Below, one piece after another: positions 12,901-24,700 of a stretch of DNA of 64,000 nucleotides. The translations under genes and the position numbers were made by a program. This stretch comes from Protoeuglena noctilucae (lineage: Eukaryota), in assembly GCA_958009085.1 (NCBI GenBank), contig OY253685.1, positions 124,001 through 188,000 on the forward strand, read 5' to 3'. How positions within the stretch are numbered: position 1 is the first letter of the stretch; each line of letters starts with the position of its first letter. The notes beneath the pieces are model-generated. The model had not been told where the DNA came from, searched no databases, and saw only the letters and a program-made list of their open reading frames with translations.

Positions 12901-13192
12901 GGCGGATGCTGGCGACGCCTGTGTGGCTCTCTGCTGCAACCAGGACGCCGATTTGAGACGCTCTGGGCATCAGCAGCTGCATTTTGGTCAAAAGATGCTT
13001 GCAGGATGAGTCCCCCGGCATGCCGACAGTCCCAGTCGACGCAACAAGATGCGCAAGGTGTACCTGGGCCGTGGCAGGTGCATCTTGGCCCGCCCACCGC
13101 AGCCACTGTGCGCCGTCCGCGAGTAAGGGCAGGAGAAGTATGATGCCGCATAGTGGCGCGAGGATCATCAGGCATCGAGACGCCCGCATCAT
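9933..13192 (-). CDS. IPUT1: GT8 glycosyltransferase with C-terminal transmembrane helices; inositol phosphorylceramide glucuronosyltransferase IPUT1/PGSIP6-like
   Basis: Signal peptide (MMRASRCLMILAPLCGIILLLPLLA), EEAYATLLY..FLLGVRVLGQSIR, DxD motif VIYLDADT, RHSERFNSGVM, SYTGGDQGFLN, VLHYTLGPFKPW, then several hydrophobic exons. Confidence 0.82.
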
Positions 13193-13629
13193 GCCGATGG
13201 CAGCGCGCCGCACGCAGCCCGCCCACCGGGACGCGGGCGATCCCGCCAAGTGACCCAATCGCACACAGGCAGCTAGAGTGACGCAGTGGATGTGGTGGAC
13301 TGCGGTTACACTGACGCGCTCGTACTTCTAGTTTTTTTAGCGCTCTGGCGACGACGCGCTGGTTTCTCGGCGTCGAGTATCCGACGAGCTGCGCAACGCC
13401 GTCACAACCATACCATCGTGGAACTGAGCTCTGCCATATCCGTCTGCGATCGGGTTCTCTCTCTGCTTGAGGAGCTCGCCCTTGTCGTTGTTCTGGGGCT
13501 GTCTCGGGACACCCTTCACTTGTAACGACAGTGTCGACACAGCCTTGCCGAAGGTGTGACGCACCAGCCAGCGGGACTTGTGAAGCAGTCGTCTTTGCGT
13601 CGCGCGCACGAGGGGTTGCGCCGAGCAAG

Positions 13630-15324
13630 ATGGCCCTCGCCGGGGCCGCTGTCCGGCTGCGCCGGAGCCTGCTGTATATGCCGGCCCTGTCGGACAAGAT
13701 GGTCCACAAAGCGGTGACGGAGATTCATCCGGGTGAGCGCCGCGAGCAAAGCAAGCTGGATTCTTTCAGGGCACAAGGCTCTGGAGCGCTCCCCACCGCA
13801 CCATGGCCGCTCGAGACCCGCTCACGTTCTAGCTTACATCACAAAGATTGCTCATCGTTGCTTGGATGGCCCCGATCGGGTCTGAGGAGCGCGCGCACGC
13901 CCCGTGAGCTCTCGCGTTGGTTGCGCCCAAATAATGCCATCTGTCGTGCGCAGATGTGGTTTGCATGGACTGCGAGGACAGCGTGGAGGAGAGTCGGAAG
14001 GGGGAGGCCCGGGAGCAAGTCGTCCGGCACCTTGCCGGGCTCGACTTTGGCCACAGCGAGGCGAGCTTGCTTCTCCGCGACTCTCGCTGCAGCCCGCGAC
14101 TCTCTCCCTCCCGCTCGCGTAATAGCTCGCCTCTCCATCGCTCGTCGCAGGCTGCTGTGCGCATCAACGCCGTGGATGCCGAGGCGTGCCTCCCAGACCT
14201 GGAGGCGGTGCTCAGCGGCCCGCGACTGCCGGACGCGATTGTCTGTCCCAAGCTGGACACCGTCGACCACGTGCGGTGGGTCTACGACCGCGCGGGAGCC
14301 ATCCTGGCCAAACGGGGACCTGAGGAGGCGCGGGCGGGGCCGGGGACGGCAGCTGCCGGTCCGCACACAGGGCATGTGCCAGGCGGGGAAGGGTCGCCGC
14401 GCGTGACGCTGATCGGGATGTGCGAGTCGGCGGGTGGTTTGCTTGCGTTGCCGGAGATCCTCAAGTGGGCTTCGGGCCACGCCCAAAGCAGCCCCGGGCA
14501 CCCCATGGGGCCCATCTCGGCGTTCATTCTCGGTGGCGACGACTTCGCATCCACCATCATGGCCACGAGGCGAGACGCAAATTTGCATGAGACGCCACGT
14601 TGATGCGTCTTTGCTGTTAAATACTAATGTCACTGCGGCCCTGGTAGGAGGTGTGCCTTGCGAGGGCAAGGGAATGCAGCTGTGCAAGGGTCGCAAGTTT
14701 GTATCCTCACGTGCTTTGTGCGTTTCTAATCGTCGCAGGAGCAAGGGCAACACGGAGCTGTTGTGGGCCCGGCAGGCCTTCGTGGTCTCGTGCCGAGCCT
14801 ACCACGTCCAGCCCATCGACATCGTTAACATTGATTACGCATCCGCGGACCAGACGCCACTGGAGCACGAGTGCCGGCAGGTGGGGATGTGCCGATTGGT
14901 TGCTGGTGTGTAATGGTGCCTTGTTTGGACAGACCAACCAACACCCAGTGCATCCGTGTACGCATGGCCCAACGTGCCCATCCGTCAGTGCAGGGCAGCA
15001 TAGAGTACAAATAGTATGCACAAACAGTGCATTTACGTACGTACATCATCCCATCCGCTCCCACCCACGCAGGGCGCCCTGTTCGGTTTCGAGGGCAAGC
15101 AGTGCATCCACCCCAAGCAGGTGCCGATCGTCAACCGCCTCTTCCTGCCACCGCCCGACCGCCTCGCATGGGCGGAGTCGGTGGTAAAGGCACACTCTGT
15201 GCACTCCGAAAAGGGCACTGGGGCCTTCGCGTGGCACGGGCGGATGATCGACGCGCCAACCGTCAAGCTCGCACGGCAGCTGCTGGAGAGGGCGCAGGCG
15301 GGGGGGGTGCGGGAGGCGGACTGA
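13630..15324 (+). CDS. Citrate lyase beta-like / CitE-HpcH family lyase (CLYBL-like)
   Basis: RRSLLYMP, DCEDSV, VRIN, CPK, MCES, LGGDDF, ELLWARQ, IDIV, GFEGKQCIHPKQV, GRMIDAP. Four introns, two with GC donors (14061, 14570). Confidence 0.9.
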
Positions 15325-15495
15325 TTGGTACTCTTGCAGCTTAAAGGTGGTTGTATGGTCACTGTTGTTGGGCGCATGGGTTGGCGTGTGCTAGTGCAGA
15401 GCGGCATGCTCGACGGTTGTATTCAGCTCTAATAGCACAAGCATAGCAGCACGTCTAAGGCCCTTTATACTTCAACACAGCACCATGCACGTCGT

Positions 15496-18296
15496 CTAGC
15501 TCCCCGGCGGGGGCCCAGGGGCAGGGAACCACTGTGCCGGCCGCGGCTGTGCAGCCCCATTGCCGCCTTGCCCGCCCCCAGGCGCCGCCCACCCAGCCCC
15601 GGGCGCCACCCCGCCACCCCCCGCCCACCCCGCACCCTGCCAGCCCCCCGCTGTCGTCCACCCCTGCCCCTGCATGCCCCCACCCGCCCACCCATCGCCC
15701 CCCGTGGTCCACCCACCCCCCGACCCCTGTGCCCCTGCACCCCTGCCACCCCCACGCCCACCCCCGCCTCCGCCTTGTCCCCAAGCAGGCGGCCCTGCAT
15801 AAACGGCCCCGCTTGGCGCCGCACCCCACGCGAACCCCTGCCCAGCGCCATGCATGGGCACAGGAGCCCCCATGCCTTGGGGTCCGTATGCGGGGTGGCC
15901 CTGGCCGGGAGCACCGGGCATATGCATGGGCATACCCGGGTGGAACGCCCCGGGGGGCATATCTTGACCCGGGCCCCTGCAGCGACAGCACGAGGGCAGC
16001 GGAGAGTGTCGCTTTCCGTAACCATGCATGGCGTCAAAGGGTTCATAGCTGCGAGGTTCACGCACCCGATCACGACGCCGGCCATCTGCCCCGCTGCCAG
16101 GTGCGCTTGCGCCTGCACGCCCCCCGCCTGCACGTAGCCGCCCCTGACCCACTCGCTGCCTGGGACACCCGGTCCCCCCGGGCCGCCCCGTCCCCTTCCC
16201 CGACCTCTGGCCCCGCGCCGCCCACCACCCCCACCACCCCTGTCACCCCCACCTCTCCCCTGGTGGCCAGATGCATCTGCGCCCCTGTCGTCGTCCCCGC
16301 CCTCCCCACGCCGCTTCCTGCAGGAAGGTGAGCATGGCACGTTCGAAAACATGAGGCATTATGGGGCTGGGAGGCTGCCACACCCCCTTGTGCCACGCAT
16401 TGCCCTCTCTACCCCATCAACACCGACCCCGTTCCTCACCCTCTCTTCCCACGCATTGCTCTCTCCGCCTCGTCATCAGACGCCTCCTGCTGCTCGGGCG
16501 GCAACTCCTCGTCGTCCTTCCCGGACGCATCGTAGCCCTGCAATGCCACGACAGCTTGACACATCTCATTCACGCCAGTCCGGCTTCCTAATCATCACAA
16601 ATCACTTATGACCATCACTGCACTGCGCCAGCCCCTGCTTCCCTGTTCCACCACCGCCACCCCCGATGACCCACCTTGCTGTAGTACTTCTCCGGCACCA
16701 GAAATTCCGCCGTGCGCCTGACGCAGAAGACCTCCGCGCCGGGTGCGCACGGACTGGGTGTGGCTTTATTGGCAGGCGCGCCCGGTGCAGCATCGGCAGC
16801 ATCGGCATCGTTCGGTGATGGCTCCCCTCCCTCGGCAGGGAGGGGGCGGAATGAGTAGAAAGGTGCGCTGATGGGGCCAAAGACTTCCTGCGACACAGCA
16901 GGGAGGAAGAGAGCAAGGTCGTTACTAGTCACGAAAGGCGACGTCGTGGCAAGTGTGACTGGTCCTCACCTCAACGCGCCCCACCGCCACCCTCGGCTGC
17001 TTCAGGCACAGCACGGTGCCTTCCCCGATGGGCGGGCACTTCCCGTGCGCGTGCACCACCACGACGCCGTCGATGACCGCAGACACGGCACCCACGGACA
17101 CCAACTCGTCCTCGGGGCGCACATGCTCGTCATCTGCATGGCAGGAAGCGAAGTGGGTTGAGCAAGGTGGGTTGAGCATAAGTGCAGAGGGAAAGGTTTT
17201 GTGTGGGTTCTCAGAGTGACAGTGAGAGACGGGCAGCAGGGTCCATGCCATCATGACCCCGCACCTGTCAGTGGGACCACGGGCGGGGGTTGCACCATCT
17301 CATTCTTTGTCCGCGGCGGCTGCCCCGCGTCCGCGTCGTCCTCGTCGGAGCCCCCCTCCACCATGGCCTGCAACAAGAGGGTGAGGCTCAGGAACTGAGA
17401 GAGACTGCCCATGTGCCATCACACGACGAGCGCACCGGCATGCGAACACTGTGTATTGCCGATGCTTCCGATCATCGTCCCAATCTCCGCTGCTCACCCA
17501 GAAGCGCGACTTGTCCTGGAAATTGACGTCGTCGCTGGAAGAGCTGGACGTCTCGTCCGAGGAACTGGGCGCCTGGCTGTCCGTCTCCGCCTCAGCCTCG
17601 TCCCCTGCCGCGACCTCCTGGCCCGCACGCGCTGCAGGGGGCTCCTCCGCGTCGTTTTCTTTCATCTCAACTTCAGAGGCGTTCATTGCTGCGTCTGCAA
17701 CGCCCTCCGTCGCCGCGGGACCCTCGGTCGCGGGGCCCTCGTCTGGTCTTGACAGCTCGGCCCTTTCCGGAGGGGAGGAGGACGCGTCCGACGACGAATC
17801 GGACCCTGAAGACGTGTCCGTGGAAGAAGGGTCCGCCTCCGCTGCCACATGCAGTCGCGGCGCCGTCGCCTCCCCGCCGGCGTGCGTGCCCACAACCGCT
17901 GCCACAGAGGGGCCCGCATGGACTTCCTGCGATGGTACGACGATATTCATGATGTCGTACACATGGATGGCGCACAAGCAGGCTCCATAAGCGCGGCAGG
18001 AGCGGCTACGGGACGTCGACGGGCCAACGACAGGTGCGCCGCCGGGAGCGTTCTTCTGTCGCCCAAAACGGCGGCCACCGCATGCATCCGTGTCGTTATA
18101 CTGCACTCTGGAGAATGTGCTATCCAAAGCGCATCATCATCACCGCAAGCGGCGCGAAAAGCACCTGCTCCTCAGGAGGCAGAAGTCCGCTCTCCTTCAT
18201 CGCCTGCAGCGTCTCTAAAGCAGCACGACGCGCGATCTCCACGTCAGAAATCATTTCATCCTGCTCAGGAGACGCAGTGTCCCCAGGCGCCGCCAT
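15496..18296 (-). CDS. NAF1: H/ACA RNP assembly factor NAF1
   Basis: Acidic Ser-rich N-terminus, Gar1/Naf1 domain (VGAVSAVIDGVVVV...GEGTVLC...VGRVE/EVFGPISAPFY), GYDASGKDDEE...SDDE motif, RGG and Pro/Gly tail. First exon inferred as MAAPGDT...PPEEQ from 18296. Confidence 0.85.
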
Positions 18297-18516
18297 GGCC
18301 GGCAAGCGCTGTTGATGCCCACGCAGTGTGCACCACTGAGCAAGCAAATTGCGGTGATTAAGGCAGCGATGGATGGCGTGGGGGTTCTGCCGTCCTTGCA
18401 TGAGGACAGGAGACTCATCAGGACTGTCACGGCATGCATGCATGTCAGGCAGCTCGTTTCACCACTGGTACAGCTCACATCGGAGGAACTATGCTAACAT
18501 CACAGAGTCATTGGAG

Positions 18517-21137
18517 TCACGAGGACGGCGCTTGATCCTCTCGCCCTGCTTGCTGGCAAACGGCGAGTCGGTCACGGATCAGGAGCACGACGTCACGAAG
18601 CGCCCTCGCCCCGGGGTTACCCTCCACCCACGCGTTGTCCCTGCATGCACAGACAACACTCTCAATCAGATACGCGCCTGCAAAACGTCTCGCGACCCGC
18701 GAGGCCACGCAGCACATTGCCAATGGCATGGCACGTTCGGGCACCTGAGGGTGTTCACGGCCGTCTCGGCGTCCGCCAGCATGCCCGTCAGCCGCGCGTT
18801 CACGCAGTCGAGTTCCTGCTCGCTGGCGGCGAGGTTGGACGCCAGCCGCGCCGCCTTGGCAGCAAGGCCCTCGTAGTTGCGGCGCGCCTTCGTGGAAGGC
18901 AAGCAGCGACCCGGCTGAGCTGACAGCTCGCAAACTAAAAAATGCGCAAAAACACATTGCTGGGAAGTGATGAGGTCTAGAGATGAGGTCGCGCTCGTGT
19001 CCTCACCTCAGCCAGCGCTGCCTCGGTGTCCTTGCCCTCTGCCCGCAGCCTCTCCACTTCGCTGGCCAGCTCCGCCAGGCGCCCCTCGAGATCGGCGATG
19101 CGGCCGTCTGCAGCCTTCTTCTGTGCTTTGTTGTCCGTCTGACCCTCAGCAAACAGACGCTCCGCCTCAGCAGCCCGACCCTCTGCCTCTGCCACCAGCC
19201 CAGTCAGCCGATCCACCTCGCACTCTGCTGCACCAGCCCGACCCTCCGCCTCGGCCACCAGCCCACTCAGCCGCTTCACCTCGCACTCTGCTGCACCAGC
19301 CCGGCTCTGTGCCTCCTCAGCCTGCTTTGTCGCACGCTCACGCGCACTGTCCGCCTCCTGCAATGCCTCCTCCGCGCGTGCCCGGGCGGCGGCTTCCGCC
19401 TTCCTCTCCCCCTCTGCCGCCACCACCGCCGCCCTCGCATCGTCTCTCTCCCTCTCGGCAGCCACCACTGCCGCCCTCGCCTCGTCCCTCTCCCTCTCTG
19501 CCACGTCGATGCGACCCTGCATCTCTTTGACAGCCTCACGCAGCCCCCCCTCCCGCTCCTCCCACTCTGCCCTGGCAGTGGCCAACGCCTGCCGTGCCAC
19601 CCTGCGTCAAGTTGAAAGATACCAAGCTCATTACACGCACAGGTCATCGCTCTGGGCAACCCTCTTGCACGGGCAACAACATCGTCACCCATCACAATCA
19701 CTGGCACCAGCACTCCCTTACCTCGCATCCTCCCGAGCCTCAGACAGTTCCCTCTCCCTACGCTCCCGCTCCTCGCCAAGCTCCTTGCCCAGCGCATCCC
19801 TCTCGGCTGTCATGGACCCCAGGTCCCTCTCCACTCCCTCCTTCTCTGCCCTCAGCACCCCCAGCTCTCCCTCCATCCGCTCCTTCTCTGTCCTCATTGC
19901 CTCGACCTCCCTCTCCCTCCGCTCCCTCTCCACTTCCACCTCCCTGCCCAACGCATCCCTCTCCGCCCTCAGCGTCCCCAGCTCTCTTTCCATCCTCTCC
20001 CTGTCCGCCCTCAGCACCCCCAGCTCTTCCTCCATCCTCTCCCTCTCCACCCTCAAAGTCCCCAGCTCCCTCTCCATCCTCTCACGCTCTTCCTCTGCCT
20101 CCTGTATCGCCCCCTCCATCTCCCCCATCCGACGCCGCGTCGGCTCTGGCGTGCCTGGGGGCGGCAGCGCGGCCAGCTCCCTGCGCAAGTGGGCCGCATC
20201 CCCCTCCAACGCTGACAGGGCCTCCTGCAACCTGCGGGAACAGGCAGATGAGGGGAGTTCGCAGTCCATTCCGCAGACGGAAACGTTGTCAGTCCGGGTC
20301 ACCCTCACACGCGCAAACCGTGGCCTGGGCTAGGGGCCCAACGTTGCTGTCATCCCATGTCGCCCACCCACCTCTCGCGGTCGCACGCCTGCCGTCGCAG
20401 CTCCTCCCTCAGCCCCGCTGCCTCCGACTCCGCCTCCCCCGCGCGCCGCTCAGCTTCCTCCCGTGCACCTCCCGCGCTCTCCGCCGCCGCCTCGGCTGCG
20501 CGCGCCCGCTCCTCCGCGGCGTCCGCGCGGTCCCGCGAGGCCACGATCTCGCGCGCCGCCGCCTGGAGTTTCGCCAAAAGGGTCTCGACTTTCGCCTCCG
20601 CCCTCTCGCGGCCCTCTGCCTCCGCTGCCACGCGCTGCGAGGCGCCGTCCGCCTCCGCGCGGACCTCCGACAGCCGCCGCTCGGCGTCGTGCGCGTGCTG
20701 CCGCTCGGCCTCCGCGTCGCGCTCCAGCGCGCGGATGCGCTCCAGGGCCTGCCGCATCGGGCGGTGCGACGCGGCCAGCCGCTGCAGCTGCGCCTCCGCC
20801 GACTCCTGCGCCGCGTCCACCTCCTCCAGCTCACGAAGCAGGCCGTCAATCTCCGCACGGGCGCCCGCGGCGTCCCTGCGACGAGTTCGAACCATTGCAC
20901 GCTCCGGGCGACAACGGGGTGGGAAGGGCGCTTGCTCCGCGCCGGAAGACTGACTCACCGGAGCCGGTCCGCGACCTGACTGCATTTCTTAATCGCATTC
21001 TCGAAGTGCGTCTCCGGGGGCGTCGCGCATTCTGTGGGTCGCGCCGCGGGCCGCCGCTGCGTCTCTCCGGTCCCAGGAAGCCCAGCCAGGGCCGCGGGGC
21101 TGTTGGTGGATACCTCCCTCAACACTGCATCCGACAT
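18517..21137 (-). CDS. Long coiled-coil protein with internal peptide repeats, unknown function
   Basis: Successive exons encode A/E/R heptad-rich sequence (ORF fragments 20350-20985, 19718-20308, 18977-19600, 18666-18902) flanked by splice sites. Start and stop are inferred. Confidence 0.7.
19165..19310 (-). repeat. Coding 63-bp (21-aa) tandem repeat, RAGAAECEVxRLxGLVAEAEG, 2+ copies
   Basis: Visible in the ORF 18977-19600 translation and as repeated DNA (cacctcgcactctgctgcaccagcccg). Confidence 0.8.
19770..20100 (-). repeat. Coding 42-bp (14-aa) degenerate tandem repeat, ERERMExELGxLRA
   Basis: Repeated units in ORF 19718-20308; strongly purine-skewed coding strand. Confidence 0.8.
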
Positions 21138-21788
21138 GATTGGATAGTTGGCAAAATCAATGGCCGACGGGCCTGCTGCTGTGCTCACAACACCAGGAAG
21201 CGCTGGCCTCTCTCTGATGACGTATAGGAGCTATGCGCGCGTGATCATGCAAAGAGACACTTGATTGTAGGATGTAACTCTCGCGGCTTTAGCACAGTTG
21301 CCAGATGTCAGTCGCCGGTTCCGTGCCAGGGGGTTTGACCGCGCCTTCAGCCGAACCCACGGCCGGCATGCGTTGCTCCATATCGCTGCGGTGTGCCTTA
21401 CCAATGAGGTGCGCTTGGGTAGGCAACGAGCACGTTGCCGTGTGCATTCGCATTTAGTCGCCTCCCCCATTTGCTCTTCCAGCGCCGACAGCGGACCAGA
21501 GGTCTTTCGTTTGTTTCTTAGCATAAACGTGATGCTGCAGCATGCGTAGGGGCATCTAGAAGACGGTGAGGGACGGTGGAATGCACACGCTATGGGATGT
21601 ACCTGCCAGCCTTCGTCGCTGCCGGTCGCGTTTGGCTCGACGGATGCACGTGCCGACTCCTTGAAACTTCGTTATGCGTGCGCGCTGTCTGAGGCAGCCC
21701 GTAGCCCCGCGGGCGCACGCGCCTCGCTAACCGCACTCGCAGGTGTGCCTGGCGAAGGGCCGCGGGCCGCGACGCTGGCGCCTTCTCG

Positions 21789-24700
21789 ATGAACGGCAAC
21801 GCCATCTCCTCCGCGGCGCTGAGCCGGGAGGAGTACGGCGAGTCGGACGCGCCGTCGTCGCAGCCGTCCCTGTTGCAGCGTCAGCTGAGCACAGCTGAGA
21901 GCGAGCAGGAGGGCGCGGCGGCCCCGCGTCGCCGACGGAGGCGCTACCCTGCCGTCCGCATCAACCTGGAACACTGCAAGTACGAGGTGCTGCGGCTGGC
22001 GGCCAAGGACCTCGGCTGGCGACGCGTGGAGGCGTACGTGAGTGCGCGGCATTATCCCAGAAGCGGAGTGGGCGGCGCAGGGAGCGTGCGACGGATGTGC
22101 GATGGTCGCCTCGCGCGCAGGGAGAGGACTGGGACGTGTGTTGGATGGACACCTCGGTGGGCCTGGACCGAATCATGAAGCTGCAGACGCACCAGCGCAT
22201 CAACCACTTCTCAGGCATGCTCGAGATATGTCGCAAGAACTCCATGGCGCGCAACCTGATGCGCATGGCCGCCCGAGCCCCGGAGAGCTACCGCTTCTTC
22301 CCCAGGCGAGCCACGGCTGGCGGTCACGCCTGGGCGCGCCCACCATGCCTCTCCCCACTCGCCCTCTCCGCACGTGACCCCGTCTTTGCCACTCATTGCT
22401 GCTTGACCCGCTACCAGCAACCCCGCCCGACCCCATTCACACCACCGAATCAGTACTCCCCCACCCCACCCCACGCGACCCCACCTGAGTGACCCCTTCG
22501 CATCCCCTTCTCCCTTCAGGACCTTCGTGCTCCCCGAGGACACCCATGACTTCCTGCAGCGTTTAAGCAACTCCTCCCGCGGCAAGCCGAGGCCCACGTG
22601 GATCCTGAAGCCTGACGCGGGGTGCCAGGGCCGGGGCATCCGACTTGTACAGACGGTCGACCAGGCAAAGGAGGTGCTGGACGAGTACACGTTGTCGCAG
22701 ACGGTCAACGTGGTGGCGCAGAAGTACGTGGGGAAGCCCTACCTCATCCACGGCACGAAGTTCGACCTGCGGGTGTACGTGCTCGTGCTCTCGGCCGACC
22801 CCCTCCGCGTCTACGTGTATGACGAGGGACTCGTCAGGTGATTATTTGAGATGGGGTGGTTAGGGCCCCCTCATCCACATCTCTAGTGTCGCTTCCTCTC
22901 CCCGCCACTCACTCCTCGCCCATGCCTGCCCCATCTCACCTCTCAGCCTATCTCAAACCATCTCTGGCCTCTCAGGTTCTGCACGGAGCCGTACGAGGCC
23001 CCCAAGGGCGCCAATCTGAGCAAGGCCTTCGTGCACCTGACCAACTCGGCCGTCAACAGGCGCAACGAGGCATACCAGACGGCCGCGGACGCCCAGGACT
23101 CGTCGGGGGCCAAGGTGAGGGGAAGTGGAGATAGAGAAGAAAGGAGTTGGGGAGATGGGGAGATGGGAATGGAAGGACTCGTCGGGGGCCAAGGTGAGGT
23201 GGTGGTGCATGTGTGTCTCCCTGCGGCTGTTTAACAATCACGCCCGACCCTCGCACCGCTCACGCTTGGCCCTCGCACGGCTACCACCCGCACGCAGCCC
23301 ATCACCACCACCTTAACTTCCACCCTATCCCCCCCCGTGATCTTCGCAGTGGGGTTTCGGCGCCTTCCGCACCCACCTCGAGTCCGAGGGCCACTCCTTC
23401 GACGTCCTGCTGCGCGACATCGGGGACATTGCGGTGCGGGCGCTGGTGGCCGTGCAACCCTTGCTGAAGTCTGCGTACTGGTCGGCTGTGGGTCCTCAGC
23501 ACGACGCGTTCGGTTGTTTCGAGCTGCTGGGGCTGGACGTGATGCTGGACGAGGGGCTCAGGCCCGTGCTGCTCGAGAGCAACCACATGCCGTCGTTAAA
23601 CACGGGTGAGGGGGCGTATGTGCTGTGGCGATGATGCGTGTTAGCAGGTGAGCCGCCGCGCAATGCCACGCCTTCTTGTCACGGTCGCAAAGGCGCGTGA
23701 CATGCCACGACAGGCGCTGTGCTGTTGACTTTGCCCATCTGTCATGCATTCACTTACCACCGTCTCGCCTCGTCCCTCCAGACTCCCCCCTAGACATGCG
23801 CATCAAGCGCAAGCTGGTGGTCGACACGCTGCGGCTGGTCAACATGGAGCCCGACCGAATATGGTCGCTGAAGAAGGCAGAGGCCAGGGCGTCCAAGGCG
23901 CGCCTGCTCGACCGACCCGCCAAGGTGCGTTGCGCAGTGTGGATGCTTGAGGTAGGAAGGGCCTGGGTCGGTCGTGGCGGGCAGTTCTGGCCGTGACAAC
24001 GCGGGGTGGGTTGTCATCGGTAGCACTATGCATAGCTGTGCATGGCCGCCACCCCTCAGCTGTGCAAGTGCCACCATCCACAGTCGTGGTTGCTGCCCCA
24101 TCGCACCCCTTTGCCTCCCCAACCACAGAAGCCCTCAGCCGAGCAGGTGTCGCAGCGTCGCGAGGCGGAGAACGACCGTCGCCGCCAAGCGGAGGAGTCC
24201 CTGTTGTCCCAGACCGGGTACCTGAGGGCGTACCCATCGGGGGACATGGCACGGGACGCCGAGGTGGAGCGGCTGATGAGGGTGGCCGAGGAGATATTCC
24301 AAGAGACGGACGCCGTGAGTGGTGGGATGGTGGTTTATATGTGATGTGTGATGTTAGTGACACTGATATGGACTGGCTGCATTGACAGCGCATACACACA
24401 GCAGCCCAACGCAACCACCTCCTAATCCTGTAACCAACTCTTACTACCAACTCCTCGTCTCTTTCACAGGCCCGGCGTGCCAGGGATGTGTTGGCCAGGG
24501 TCAACCTGCAGAAGGCTGCCGAGCAACGGCAGCCCAGCAAGCGCCCCGCGCCCCCACGGCCGTTCGCCCTCCCAGCCAAGCCGCCCCCTCCGCAGCCAGC
24601 CGACGGCGCACCGCCGCCCGCGGCCGCTCCCGCCCCTCGCCGCTCGCCCTTCGGCGTCGAGCCAGGCGCCCTGCCTTGCCTCCCACGTGAGCTTGCAAGT

